A stretch of DNA of 60,405 nt, taken from sequence record SRR22947725_163, one strand, 5' to 3'. The notes beneath the pieces are model-generated. The model had not been told where the DNA came from. It was given only the letters and a program-made list of their open reading frames with translations, and searched no databases. Shown one piece after another: positions 9,501 to 20,182 of the stretch. Made by a program: the position numbers and the translations under genes. Numbering within the stretch: position 1 is the first letter of the stretch; the number at the start of each line of letters is the position of its first letter.

Positions 9501-9627
9501 ATTCTTCAAATTTTAGAAAACATACATATCTGTTCATGTATACTAAATTTATTGAAGTTTTTAAAACCCTTCAATATTGAGATCAATTTTGATCTCAAAA
9601 AAACTTATAGAAAGGAGATACAAAATT

Positions 9628-10587
9628 ATGTTGAAAATTAATAAATATGTCTCAAGTCTATTTCTTTCAGTTTTTGTTCTTTTTGGAACAACTGTGGGAA
9701 GTACGGCTGCGATGGCAGATGGCGAAAAGTTTGTACTAATTAGCCATGCACCAGATTCTGATTCATGGTGGAATACAATTAAAAATGCAATTGGAATTGC
9801 TGGTGAGCAGATGGGAGTCGATGTTGATTATCGTAACCCAACTACAGGCGACCTTGCTGATATGGCTCGTATCGTTGAGCAGGCTGCTGCAAGCAACCCT
9901 GACGGCATTATTGTTACGATTGCTGATTATGACGTCCTAAAAGGGCCAATTACTTCAGCTATAGCAAAAGGAATTCCAGTTGTAACAATTAACTCTGGTA
10001 CTCGTGAGCAATCTGAAATGCTAGGTGCTTTAGCACACATTGGTCAGCCTGAGTATGATGCTGGTTTTGGTGCTGGTAAGAGAGCAAAAGCTGCTGGAGC
10101 TACAAAGTTTTTATGTGTTAATCACTTCTTCACAAACCCGGTATCAGTTGATCGTTGCCAGGGATATGCGGATGCACTTGGTGTAGATCTAGGCGATCAA
10201 ATGATTGATTCAGGTCAAGATCCAACTGAAATTAAAAACAAGGTCATGGCTCATCTTAGATCACACCCTGATACAGATGCAATTCTAACTTTAGGTCCAA
10301 CTTCTGCTCATCCAACGCTTTCAGCGCTTGATGATATGGGACGTTCTGGAGATATGTACTTTGGAACTTTTGACCTATCAGGTGAAATTGCTGCTGCTGT
10401 TAAATCAGGCGTTATTTCTTTCGCGATTGATCAACAGCCGTACCTCCAAGGTTACCTTCCAGTTGTTTTCTTGACTAACATGTCAAGATATGGAGTATGG
10501 CCCTCTGGTGCAATTAACTCTGGTCCTGGATTTATCACTAAGAGTAACATTAGCTTAGTTGAAAAATATGCAGGCGTTTACCGTTAA
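9628..10587 (+). CDS. Sugar (inositol) ABC transporter substrate-binding protein
   Basis: Signal peptide, SHAPDSDSWW and DQQPYLQGY motifs. RBS GAAAGGAG before ATG 9628 favours this start over 9577. Confidence 0.9.
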   Translation: MLKINKYVSSLFLSVFVLFGTTVGSTAAMADGEKFVLISHAPDSDSWWNTIKNAIGIAGEQMGVDVDYRNPTTGDLADMARIVEQAAASNPDGIIVTIADYDVLKGPITSAIAKGIPVVTINSGTREQSEMLGALAHIGQPEYDAGFGAGKRAKAAGATKFLCVNHFFTNPVSVDRCQGYADALGVDLGDQMIDSGQDPTEIKNKVMAHLRSHPDTDAILTLGPTSAHPTLSALDDMGRSGDMYFGTFDLSGEIAAAVKSGVISFAIDQQPYLQGYLPVVFLTNMSRYGVWPSGAINSGPGFITKSNISLVEKYAGVYR

Positions 10588-10609
10588 TAGTTAATTTAGT
10601 TTATTAACG

Positions 10610-10652
10610 TGCTACCCATCATAATTTCAAAATGGTGGGTAGCATTTTTTTT
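10610..10652 (+). terminator. Rho-independent terminator or stabilising hairpin after the binding-protein gene
   Basis: Stem TGCTACCCATCAT / ATGGTGGGTAGCA followed by T8. Confidence 0.8.
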
Positions 10653-10711
10653 ATCTTCATCAGATTTAAAGTTCAATTTAATTCTTTTAGATTAATCAAT
10701 AGGATCTAATC

Positions 10712-11818
10712 ATGTCTACAACTGAAAAAAAAATTTCATCATTGCGTTCCAAATTTAGTGTCGCATTACTTCGTCCTGACTTAGGAGCCATTGTTGGCGT
10801 TGTATTAGTTTTTCTATTCTTCTTTTTAGTAGCACGAGATACTGGCATGTTCTCATTAGAAGGTTCTATGAATTGGGGAATCGTGTCTTCACAGTTTATT
10901 ATTATTGCTGTTGGCGCTTGCCTTCTCATGATCGCTGGAGAATTTGATCTATCAGTTGGATCAATGATCGGTTTTGCCGGAATTGTTATAGCAGTGACCT
11001 CAGTAGTTTGGGGTTGGCCAGTATGGCTCAGTATCATTACAGCGTTCGTTGTTTCGATGGCTATAGGCGCATTAATTGGCTACATTACAGTCAAAACAAA
11101 TTTACCTTCTTTTATTGTGAGTCTTGCATTTTTATATATCCTGCGAGGCATGACAATCTTTATTGCAATCATAAGTACGAAAAAAACCATTATTGGTGGG
11201 GTTACAGAGGTAGCTGAAAATGACTGGTTAGCGCCAATTTTTGGTGGTGAGATATTTACAGGCGTATTTGACTGGCTAGCTGAGCAAGGCATAATTCAAA
11301 CGTTTGTCGCTGGTACAAAGGCTGGTCAGCCAGTTGTATCAGGCATCCCAATGATGATGGTTTGGGCTATAGGACTCGTTATTTTTGCACATTTTTTATT
11401 AACAAAGACGCGTTTTGGAAACTGGATCTATGCCTCAGGTGGTGATGCGCAAGCTGCTCGTCACATCGGAGTTCCAGTTAATAGAGTTAAAATATTGATG
11501 TTTGTTTTTACCGCCTTTTGTGCGACTGTATTTGCGACCACTCAGGTTATTGAGTTTGGTTCAGCTTCAGCGGATAGAGGAATTCTTAAAGAGTTTGAGG
11601 CAATCATTTCAGTTGTTATAGGTGGCGCTTTATTAACGGGTGGTTACGGCTCAGTTATTGGAGCTGCTCTAGGTGCAGTTATATTTGGAGTGGTTCAACA
11701 AGGCTTATTCTTTATTGGAGTAGAGAGTTCTTTGTTTAGAGTGTTCTTAGGCGTTCTTCTATTGTTAGCAGTGATCCTTAATACACATGTTCGTAAATTA
11801 ATTACAGGGGCAAAATGA
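10712..11818 (+). CDS. Sugar ABC transporter permease (RbsC type)
   Basis: GEFDLSVGS, TRFGNWIYASGG..AA and VVIGG motifs; multiple TM segments. Confidence 0.9.
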   Translation: MSTTEKKISSLRSKFSVALLRPDLGAIVGVVLVFLFFFLVARDTGMFSLEGSMNWGIVSSQFIIIAVGACLLMIAGEFDLSVGSMIGFAGIVIAVTSVVWGWPVWLSIITAFVVSMAIGALIGYITVKTNLPSFIVSLAFLYILRGMTIFIAIISTKKTIIGGVTEVAENDWLAPIFGGEIFTGVFDWLAEQGIIQTFVAGTKAGQPVVSGIPMMMVWAIGLVIFAHFLLTKTRFGNWIYASGGDAQAARHIGVPVNRVKILMFVFTAFCATVFATTQVIEFGSASADRGILKEFEAIISVVIGGALLTGGYGSVIGAALGAVIFGVVQQGLFFIGVESSLFRVFLGVLLLLAVILNTHVRKLITGAK

Positions 11819-12582
11819 TGAGTGACTTACCGTTAATGGAACTTAAAGATATCCATAAGAGCTTCGGAAATGTAGATGCTCTTAAAGGTGTTTCAATATC
11901 TATTAAAGCTGGAGAATGTCATTGTTTACTGGGTGATAACGGAGCAGGTAAATCGACATTTATTAAAATCATGTCTGGTGTTCATCAGCCAACAAGTGGA
12001 CAGATCAGTATTAATGGACAAGATACTGAAATAAATAACCCTCGCGAAGCAATTGATGTTGGAATCGCTACAGTCTATCAAGACTTAGCCTTAATTCCTT
12101 TGATGTCAGTGTCTCGTAATTTTTGGCTAGGAAGAGAATTGACAAAAAAAGTGGGCCCAATCACTGTCATGGATTTTGAGAAATGCAACTCAATTTTGAT
12201 GACTGAAATGGACAAAATGGGAATTCAATTGCGTGATCCCACTCAATCAATTGGGACTCTGTCTGGTGGTGAAAGGCAAACTGTTGCTATCGCCCGTGCT
12301 GTTTTTTTTGGCGCCAAAATATTGATACTTGATGAGCCAACTTCAGCACTGGGGGTTTATCAAACCTCAAATGTGCTAAAAACTATTGAAAGGGTTCGAG
12401 AAAAAGGTGTTGCAGTAATCTTTATTTCTCATAATGTTTCCCATGCCTTAGCAGTGGGGGATAAGTTTACCGTTTTATCTCGAGGTGAGACTCTAGGTAC
12501 TGCTAAGGCAGGTGAAATTGATTTCCAAGAGTTACAAGCCATGATGTCTGGTAATAAAGAATTATCAGTATTAAAAAAATAG
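11815..12582 (+). CDS. Sugar ABC transporter ATP-binding protein
   Basis: GDNGAGKST, LSGGERQ, ILDEPT and SH motifs. Confidence 0.95.
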   Translation: MMSDLPLMELKDIHKSFGNVDALKGVSISIKAGECHCLLGDNGAGKSTFIKIMSGVHQPTSGQISINGQDTEINNPREAIDVGIATVYQDLALIPLMSVSRNFWLGRELTKKVGPITVMDFEKCNSILMTEMDKMGIQLRDPTQSIGTLSGGERQTVAIARAVFFGAKILILDEPTSALGVYQTSNVLKTIERVREKGVAVIFISHNVSHALAVGDKFTVLSRGETLGTAKAGEIDFQELQAMMSGNKELSVLKK

Positions 12583-12591
12583 AGGTTAATT

Positions 12592-13572
12592 ATGAAAATA
12601 TGTCTAATCGGCGCAGGTCGCATAGGAGCAGTTCATGCTATAGCGATAGCCAGTGATGAAAATGCTAATCTCCACTCTGTTGTCGATTTTCATCAAGAGT
12701 CTGCTGAGAAGCTTGCAAATAAATACAATGCCATCACTCTTTCAATGGATGAGGCATTTGAAAACAATGAAATAGACGCCTTTATTATTGCAAGTAGTAC
12801 CTCTACTCATGCCGATCTTATTGAAAAATGTGCGAAGGCAGGTAAGCCAGTTTTTTGTGAAAAGCCTATAGATTTGAGCCTTGATAGAGCACTATCATGC
12901 GCTAAGGCAGTTGAAGAGAGTGGCATCGTATGTATGCTAGGGTTTAATAGACGTTTTGATCCTCATATGGCAAGTTTAAAAAGCCAAGTAGATGCAAATG
13001 CAATTGGTTCAGTTCAGTCGTTAGTAATAACCTCTCATGACCCTGAGCCACCTTCAATGGAGTATATCGCAGGTTCTGGCGGTTTATTTCTCGACATGAT
13101 GATTCACGATTTTGACATGGCTTGTTGGATTTTAGATGATTCACCAAGCAGTATTTATGTTGCAGCAAATGCTGTAAATGATGATATTGCAGGCCAGGGG
13201 GATGTGGATACAGCAAGTGTAATCATGAATATGAAAAAGGGTGCAATTGTTACGATTATGAATGGTAGACAAGCTTCCTTTGGATATGATCAAAGAGTTG
13301 AAGCTTTTGGCGAGACAGGCATGTTACAAGTAAAAAATGCCCTTGAGGATAACGTCGTTTTAAGTAATTCATCTGGAATTAAGCAGGCTAAAAACCAACA
13401 TTTTTTTTTAGAAAGGTATGGAAAAGCGTTCCACAATGAACTTGTGCATTTTATGGATTCTTTTCAGTCTGGCGTTCAACCAAGTGTGAATATTTCAGAT
13501 GGAGTTCTTGCTTTAAAAATTGCAGAAGCCGCCAAAGAATCACTGCTAAGTGGAAATTCAATTAACTTATAA
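12592..13572 (+). CDS. iolG: myo-Inositol 2-dehydrogenase
   Basis: GAGRIG, CEKP, GFNRRFDP, DMMIHDFD and YDQRVE motifs; iol context. Confidence 0.9.
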   Translation: MKICLIGAGRIGAVHAIAIASDENANLHSVVDFHQESAEKLANKYNAITLSMDEAFENNEIDAFIIASSTSTHADLIEKCAKAGKPVFCEKPIDLSLDRALSCAKAVEESGIVCMLGFNRRFDPHMASLKSQVDANAIGSVQSLVITSHDPEPPSMEYIAGSGGLFLDMMIHDFDMACWILDDSPSSIYVAANAVNDDIAGQGDVDTASVIMNMKKGAIVTIMNGRQASFGYDQRVEAFGETGMLQVKNALEDNVVLSNSSGIKQAKNQHFFLERYGKAFHNELVHFMDSFQSGVQPSVNISDGVLALKIAEAAKESLLSGNSINL

Positions 13573-13582
13573 ACTTAAATAA

Positions 13583-14404
13583 ATGCCACCAGAAAATATT
13601 AATGATTTGAATAGCTTGCTTCAAGAAAGTTATCCAGAACTAAGCAAAAAAATGAAGTTAATTGCTTTTTATATCATTGACCAGCCCCAAAACCTTGCCA
13701 TAAATACGTTAGCAGTTATCGCATCAGAGATTGGCGTTTATCCTTCAACTTTAGTTCGTTTTGCTAAACATTTTGGTTTTAGCGGTTTTGCTGAATTACA
13801 GGATCTATTTAAAGTCAAAATCTCACAATCTGCCATCAATTATCGGCAACGTATTACTGATGTTAAGAAAGTCACTGAGAACAATGTTGTGCCCGACAGC
13901 TCAAATATCTTTAATGAAATCACTAGGCGAAATATTGCTGCGACTGAGCTGCTTTCTGAAAATATTGATAGAGAAGTAATTGAGGAATCGGTTCAAGCTT
14001 TATGTAATGCTAATGAAGTGATTCTTTGCGGAACAAACAGAGCTCAACCTGTAGCCAATTATTTTTATTACATGTTAAATAATCTTGGAATTAGGTGCCG
14101 TATTGCAAATAATACCAATGAAGTTGAGAACTTATCAAGCTGGCTTGATGATAAAACAGTATTTATTGCTATTACCTATAATCCCTACAATAATCTCACA
14201 ACTGAAGCTGTTAAGGAAGCAAAGCAAGCTAATGCAAAGGTAATTTTGCTTACAGATACAGAACTCAATCCAATAGCTCATTTGGCAGATTTTTTATTTA
14301 GTATTCATGAGGCTGAAATCCATACTTTCAGGTCACTAGGCGCAACGATGTGTCTCGTTCAGGCTATATGTATTTCTATTGGATACCATCAACAAGGAAA
14401 TTAA
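13583..14404 (+). CDS. iolR: RpiR-family regulator (HTH plus SIS domain), IolR-like
   Basis: PSTLVRFAKHFGFSGF HTH, SIS domain, and location inside the iol operon. Confidence 0.8.
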   Translation: MPPENINDLNSLLQESYPELSKKMKLIAFYIIDQPQNLAINTLAVIASEIGVYPSTLVRFAKHFGFSGFAELQDLFKVKISQSAINYRQRITDVKKVTENNVVPDSSNIFNEITRRNIAATELLSENIDREVIEESVQALCNANEVILCGTNRAQPVANYFYYMLNNLGIRCRIANNTNEVENLSSWLDDKTVFIAITYNPYNNLTTEAVKEAKQANAKVILLTDTELNPIAHLADFLFSIHEAEIHTFRSLGATMCLVQAICISIGYHQQGN

Positions 14405-15202
14405 ATGTCATTATTAAGTCGACCAAAGCATAGTAAAGATAGTTGCTATCAAAAAATTACACCAAAATCAGCTAATTGGGATTATGTTGGTTTTGAGGCT
14501 CATGACCTAAACGAGAAGGAGATTCTTGATTGGAAGGATCAAGAAAATGAATCATGCTTGGTCATTCTGTCTGGACTGGCAAACATCATTGTTGATGATG
14601 AAGAGTTCTTAAACATTGGCGAGAGAATGAACGTTTTTGATGACTTAAATCCTCATGCTATATATGTTCCTAACAACAAACAAATTAAAGTCACCGCTTT
14701 AACTAAATTGGAATTAGCAATAGCAGTTGCACCTGGATTTGGTAATTTTACAGCCCGACATATTAAGCCTGATGACATGGATAGTGAGGTTCGTGGTGAG
14801 GGAAGCAACACTAGATTTATATGTAACATACTTCCTGAGAAAGAAAAGGCTGACAGTCTTCTTGTTGTTGAGGTCAAAACCCCTTCAGGAAATTGGTCAA
14901 GCTATCCACCTCACAAACATGATTCAGATAACATTCCAGTCGAAACATATCTAGAAGAAACATACTATCATCGAATTAATCCTCCCCAAGGGTTTGCTTT
15001 TCAGAGGGTTTATACAGATGACCTTTCAATTGATGAAACGATGGCAGTTGAAGACAAGTGTGTTGTTCTTGTTCCAAAAGGTTACCATCCAGTTGGGGTT
15101 CCTCATGGATATGATTCATATTATCTGAATGTTATGGCAGGCCCTAAAAGACAGTGGATTTTTAAAAACCATCCTGATCATGAATGGATGCTAAATAAAT
15201 AA
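14405..15202 (+). CDS. iolB: 5-Deoxy-glucuronate isomerase
   Basis: WSSYPPHKHD, EETYYHR, GYHP and YYLNVMAG motifs. Confidence 0.92.
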   Translation: MSLLSRPKHSKDSCYQKITPKSANWDYVGFEAHDLNEKEILDWKDQENESCLVILSGLANIIVDDEEFLNIGERMNVFDDLNPHAIYVPNNKQIKVTALTKLELAIAVAPGFGNFTARHIKPDDMDSEVRGEGSNTRFICNILPEKEKADSLLVVEVKTPSGNWSSYPPHKHDSDNIPVETYLEETYYHRINPPQGFAFQRVYTDDLSIDETMAVEDKCVVLVPKGYHPVGVPHGYDSYYLNVMAGPKRQWIFKNHPDHEWMLNK

Positions 15203-17112
15203 TGAAATCAATTGACATTATTTGTTTAGGGAGGGCTGCAGTTGATTTTTACGGTCAGCAGATTGGCTCTAGCCTTGAAAATATGGGTAGTTTTGCCAAA
15301 TATCTGGGAGGCTCTTCTGCAAACATTGCTTATGGCTGCTCTAAACTGGGCTTAAGCTCAGCAATGCTTACTCGAGTGGGTAACGAGCATATGGGCCGTT
15401 TTGTTCGTAACGAACTTGAAAGTGTTGGTGTAGATACGTCCCATGTCATTACTGATAAAGAGCGATTAACTGGTTTAGTTGTCCTTGGCATTCAAGACAA
15501 AGAAACTTTCCCACTAATTTTCTATCGTAAAGACTGTGCTGATATGGCTATCAGTGAAGAAGACTTTACAAAAGAGTTTATTGCGAGCAGTAGAGCATTA
15601 CTCATTACAGGAACTCACTTTTCATCTGATAAAACTTATCAAACAAGCATGAAAGCAATTGAGTATGCAAAAGAATCTGATACCCAGGTCATTATTGATA
15701 TTGATTATCGACCTGTTCTTTGGGGGCTTACTGAATTGGGAGATGGAGAATCTCGATTTGTTGCGAGTAATGATGTCAGTCTCCATTTGCAAACGATTCT
15801 TCCCTATTGTGATGTGATTGTTGGAACTGAAGAAGAGATTCACATTGCTGGAGGTAGTGAAGATACCATTACTGCATTGAGCAAGATACGTGAGCTTAGT
15901 AATTCAATTATTGTTCTTAAACTTGGCCCATTAGGATGTACTGTTATTACTAGTAATATTCCTAATAGCATCGATGATTTCAATGTTGTCAAAGGAAATC
16001 CTGTCGATATTCTTAATGTTTTGGGTGCTGGCGATGCATTCATGTCAGGCTTTTTACGAGGATATCTTCGAGGTGAGAGTCTCGAAAAAAGTGCTAATTA
16101 TGCTAACGCGTCTGGCGCATTGGTTGTGTCACGTCACGGCTGCGCTCCAGCAATTCCTGGAGAAAATGAGTTACTTTACTACATTGAAAATGCAGCCAAT
16201 ATTCCAGACCCAACATCAGACATAACCTTAAATCATCTCCATAGAGTGAGTTTTAGAAGCAAAGAAGAGCAAGAAATTTTTGGATTTGCTTTTGATCATC
16301 GAAAACAACTTGCTGACCTTGCAGAAATGTATGGAGAGGGTCTAAGCAAAATTACAGAACTTAAAAAACTATTTATTAGATCAGTTGAAAACACTATAGA
16401 AAAATTAAATATTCCAGAAAAAAATATTGGTGTATTAATTGACGATACTTATGGTGAAGATACCCTTAATTCAATTGCTGAAAAAGCATGGTGGATTGGA
16501 AGACCTGTAGAGCTGCCAGGATCACGACCTTTAAAGTTTGAAGGCCAGCAGTCTATTGGTTCAAAGTTGCAGTCATGGCCTCTATCACACGTTGTTAAGT
16601 GCTTATTTTATTACCACCCAGATGACTCAGGCGAGCTCAAAACTAAGCAAGAACAAAAAGTTAAAGAGCTCTATTTTGCTTGTATTCAAAGTGGACATCA
16701 ATTGTTACTTGAGGTTATTCCTCCTTCAGAATACGAAATGGATGAAGAAATAATTCCAACCGTTTTAAAGCGATTTTATGACCTAGAAATTAAGCCTGAC
16801 TGGTGGAAATTGCCAGCTCTTAAGGATAAATCTTGGGTTCAGGTCAGTGATGTTATAAATTCATATGATCCTCATTGCCAAGGTGTATTATTACTAGGTC
16901 TCTCTGCGCCAATCGATACTGTTAGAGAGTCATTTAGTGTGGCGGCAAAATATAATATTTGTAAGGGCTTTACAGTGGGCCGAACTATTTTTTATGAGCC
17001 AGCTAAACTTTGGATGCAACATAAAATAAGCGATCAAGAGTTAGTTGATTCTGTATCAACTAATTACAATGAATTGATTCAATCTTGGAAAAAATATAAA
17101 GAGGAAATATAA
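15202..17112 (+). CDS. iolC: 5-Dehydro-2-deoxygluconokinase fused to a DUF2090 aldolase-like domain
   Basis: PfkB motifs (GGSSAN, DIDYRP, GAGDAF) plus C-terminal FAFDHR / PDWWK / GRTIF; 636 aa. Confidence 0.92.
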   Translation: MKSIDIICLGRAAVDFYGQQIGSSLENMGSFAKYLGGSSANIAYGCSKLGLSSAMLTRVGNEHMGRFVRNELESVGVDTSHVITDKERLTGLVVLGIQDKETFPLIFYRKDCADMAISEEDFTKEFIASSRALLITGTHFSSDKTYQTSMKAIEYAKESDTQVIIDIDYRPVLWGLTELGDGESRFVASNDVSLHLQTILPYCDVIVGTEEEIHIAGGSEDTITALSKIRELSNSIIVLKLGPLGCTVITSNIPNSIDDFNVVKGNPVDILNVLGAGDAFMSGFLRGYLRGESLEKSANYANASGALVVSRHGCAPAIPGENELLYYIENAANIPDPTSDITLNHLHRVSFRSKEEQEIFGFAFDHRKQLADLAEMYGEGLSKITELKKLFIRSVENTIEKLNIPEKNIGVLIDDTYGEDTLNSIAEKAWWIGRPVELPGSRPLKFEGQQSIGSKLQSWPLSHVVKCLFYYHPDDSGELKTKQEQKVKELYFACIQSGHQLLLEVIPPSEYEMDEEIIPTVLKRFYDLEIKPDWWKLPALKDKSWVQVSDVINSYDPHCQGVLLLGLSAPIDTVRESFSVAAKYNICKGFTVGRTIFYEPAKLWMQHKISDQELVDSVSTNYNELIQSWKKYKEEI

Positions 17113-17114
17113 AA

Positions 17115-18971
17115 ATGAAAACTATTAGACTAACAATGACTCAGGCTATAGTTAAATACTTATCGTCCCAATTTATTGAAACAGAGGAAGGTATTCAGCC
17201 AATATTTGCCGGTGTGTTTGCTATTTTTGGGCATGGAAATGTAGCAGGAATTGGACAAGCCCTTAATGAATGTCAAGACAAGCTGCCAACATATCGAGGA
17301 CATAGTGAGCAAGGTATGGTCCATTCTGCAATTGCCTATGCTAAGGCTAATAACCGTCAAAGAATGATGGCGTGTACAAGCTCAATCGGCCCTGGAGCAA
17401 CTAATATGGTTACAGCTGCTGCACTCGCTCACGTTAATCGATTGCCCGTTTTACTTTTGCCAGGGGATTACTTTGCAAGTAGAACGCCAGACCCTGTCCT
17501 TCAGCAGTTAGAAGATTTTTCTGACCCCACAGTAAGCGTGAATGACTGTTTTAGGCCAGTCAGCAGATACTTTGACCGAATCATGAGGCCTGAGCAAATA
17601 ATTAACAGCCTGCCTGTTGCAATTCAAACATTACTAGATCCTGAAAATTGTGGCCCAGTTACTCTCTCATTGCCTCAAGATGTTCAGGCAGAAGCGTTTG
17701 ACTATCCTGAAGCTTTTTTCAAAAAGCGAACACATAAGATTCGCAAGATAAAAGTTGATGATGATGAGTTAAATCGTGCAGTTGACATTTTAAAAAACTC
17801 AAAAAAGCCTCTAATCATTGCTGGTGGTGGAGTTCATTATGCTAAAGCATGTGATGTGCTCAAAGCATTTTCTAAAAAATATCAAATTCCAGTTGCAGAG
17901 ACATCTGCCGGGAAAGGCGCAGTGACATGGGACCACCCAGGTTATGTTGGTGCAATTGGTGTGACTGGATCAAGTGCAGCTAATAATTTAGCAAGAGAAG
18001 CCGATACGGTCTTAGCTATAGGCACAAGACTCAATGATTTTATATCGGGATCAAGGGCGTTATTTTCTGACAAAACACTTATACAACTTAATGTTGCTAG
18101 ATTTGATACGATCAAGCACAATGCTTTTTCTTTGTGGGGGGATGCAAAGTTAGGAATCAGTAATTTAGATGAATGTCTTAATGAGTGGAAGGTATCTGAC
18201 AACTGGTTTAAAGAAGCAGAAGCAGAAGCCTCAAATTGGAATAACTATTATGATGACATTACATCAATTAATAGCTCTTCCGCTGCTGAGGGCAGTTTAC
18301 CAACAGATGCACAAGTACTTGGCGAAGTTAAGCGAAATGGTGAAGCAAGTGACATTGTGGTTTGTGCGGCTGGGAGTTTGCCTGGAGAGCTTCACAAGCT
18401 TTGGAGAACTGAACAAACTGGAGGGTACCACTCTGAATACGGATTTTCCTGTATGGGGTATGAGATAGCTGGAGGACTGGGCGTAAAAATGGCAGAGCCA
18501 GATCGTGAAGTCATTGTACTTGTGGGTGATGGATCATATTTAATGCTTAATTCAGAGCTAGCAACCAGCATCATGTTGGGCTACAAAATTATTGCTGTCA
18601 TCCTTGATAATAGAGGTTTTTCATGTATCAATCGACTGCAAAATGCAACTGGAAATACCTCATTTAATAATTTATTGAAGGATTGTAAGAGTATCGATGA
18701 TGGGCATCCAGAAATTAATTTTGCAATGCATGCACAGTCTCTCGGAGCAAACTCAGAGCATGTTGAAAATATTGATGATTTAGCTGCTGCACTAAATCGC
18801 GCTAGATCATCAACTAAATCTTATGTTATTAGTCTGGTTACTGACTCTCATAAAATTAGTCCTGAGGGCGGTTGTTGGTGGGAGGTAGCAGTGCCTGAGG
18901 TATCTTCAAATAAAAAAAGTGAACAAATTCTTAGTTCATATAAGGAATCTAAAACAAAACAGCCATATTAG
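17115..18971 (+). CDS. iolD: THcHDO acylhydrolase (TPP-dependent)
   Basis: IFGHGNV, SIGPGATN, EYGFSCMGYE and GDGSY motifs. Confidence 0.95.
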   Translation: MKTIRLTMTQAIVKYLSSQFIETEEGIQPIFAGVFAIFGHGNVAGIGQALNECQDKLPTYRGHSEQGMVHSAIAYAKANNRQRMMACTSSIGPGATNMVTAAALAHVNRLPVLLLPGDYFASRTPDPVLQQLEDFSDPTVSVNDCFRPVSRYFDRIMRPEQIINSLPVAIQTLLDPENCGPVTLSLPQDVQAEAFDYPEAFFKKRTHKIRKIKVDDDELNRAVDILKNSKKPLIIAGGGVHYAKACDVLKAFSKKYQIPVAETSAGKGAVTWDHPGYVGAIGVTGSSAANNLAREADTVLAIGTRLNDFISGSRALFSDKTLIQLNVARFDTIKHNAFSLWGDAKLGISNLDECLNEWKVSDNWFKEAEAEASNWNNYYDDITSINSSSAAEGSLPTDAQVLGEVKRNGEASDIVVCAAGSLPGELHKLWRTEQTGGYHSEYGFSCMGYEIAGGLGVKMAEPDREVIVLVGDGSYLMLNSELATSIMLGYKIIAVILDNRGFSCINRLQNATGNTSFNNLLKDCKSIDDGHPEINFAMHAQSLGANSEHVENIDDLAAALNRARSSTKSYVISLVTDSHKISPEGGCWWEVAVPEVSSNKKSEQILSSYKESKTKQPY

Positions 18972-18973
18972 AA

Positions 18974-20152
18974 ATGAAAGAAGAAGTAGTTAAAATAAAT
19001 CAACAAGTTTACTTTAGTCAATCTGATATTGATTATGATGATTTAGCTAAAATCTGCTCTCAAAAAACTCTTCAAGAGGATTATCCCTTTGCTGATTCAG
19101 TTTCAAATAATGTTGTTATTTATGATGCGAATTACCTTGAGTCATTTATTGGTGATTCAGAAAATGAATTAAGATTAAAAACAGAGCTGCATCAGGTTTT
19201 GGAAGGAGGTCCTGGTGTTTTTGTTATTCGAAATCTTTATAGGCATGATGCAATTGATCAGAGTAATAATATCTTTGAAAAAATCGTTGAAAGCGAAGAT
19301 AACACTAGTAATGATCATTTTGCCTCTGGAACAAATACAAGAATCTGGAATGCCTTTCAAAAAGTTGCTTTAGAGGATCCTGAGGCATTTATTAGTTACT
19401 ATTCAAACAACCTCTTAAAGTTAGTTGCAGAATCCTGGTGTGGGCCAAATTCTCAAATGACTGCACAAGTTAATATTGTAAGGCCTGGTGGTGAAATGCA
19501 AAAACCACATCGTGATTATCATTTAGGCTTTCAAGAAAACCAAGTTGTTGAACTCTTTCCTATTTCAGCTCATCGCCTTTCAAACTACTTAACTCTTCAA
19601 GGCGGGGTTGCTCATACTGATATGCCATTAGCGTCCGGACCAACCATGGTTTTGCCATATTCACAGCAATATGAACTGGGTTACCTTGCCTGGAGAGATA
19701 ATGCATGTACTGACTTTTTTAATGACAATGCAGTTCAAAATCAAATGAATAAAGGCGACGGCATTTTTTTTAATCCTGCTTTATTACATGGAGCAGGGTC
19801 CAACACTACAAAAGACTTTCATAGAATTGGTAACCTTTTGCAAATTTCATCGCCTTTTGGAAAGACTATGGAGAGAATAGATTATTTAAAAATCATCAAT
19901 CGAATTTATCCTTTATTGCTGGAACATTCAATTAATAAAACTCTTTCAGAAAAACTAATTGAGAATGTCCTTGTATGTGCAACAGATGGTTATGCGTTTC
20001 CTACAAATCTTGATAATGATAAAAATTCAAATTCTAAGTTGCAGGGAATGACTATGTTTGAACTAACTAAGCAATCACTTCTAGATATGGTTAATCTAGA
20101 AAACTTTAGCTTAAAGCTTTTGGAGCATCAGAAAATTAGATTTACTAATTAA
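18974..20152 (+). CDS. PhyH-family Fe(II)/2-oxoglutarate dioxygenase
   Basis: HxD...H triad (PHRDYH ... LLHGAG) and a downstream Arg (HRIGN). Confidence 0.85.
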   Translation: MKEEVVKINQQVYFSQSDIDYDDLAKICSQKTLQEDYPFADSVSNNVVIYDANYLESFIGDSENELRLKTELHQVLEGGPGVFVIRNLYRHDAIDQSNNIFEKIVESEDNTSNDHFASGTNTRIWNAFQKVALEDPEAFISYYSNNLLKLVAESWCGPNSQMTAQVNIVRPGGEMQKPHRDYHLGFQENQVVELFPISAHRLSNYLTLQGGVAHTDMPLASGPTMVLPYSQQYELGYLAWRDNACTDFFNDNAVQNQMNKGDGIFFNPALLHGAGSNTTKDFHRIGNLLQISSPFGKTMERIDYLKIINRIYPLLLEHSINKTLSEKLIENVLVCATDGYAFPTNLDNDKNSNSKLQGMTMFELTKQSLLDMVNLENFSLKLLEHQKIRFTN

Positions 20153-20182
20153 ACAATATTAACAATAATTTGGAGAATTAAG

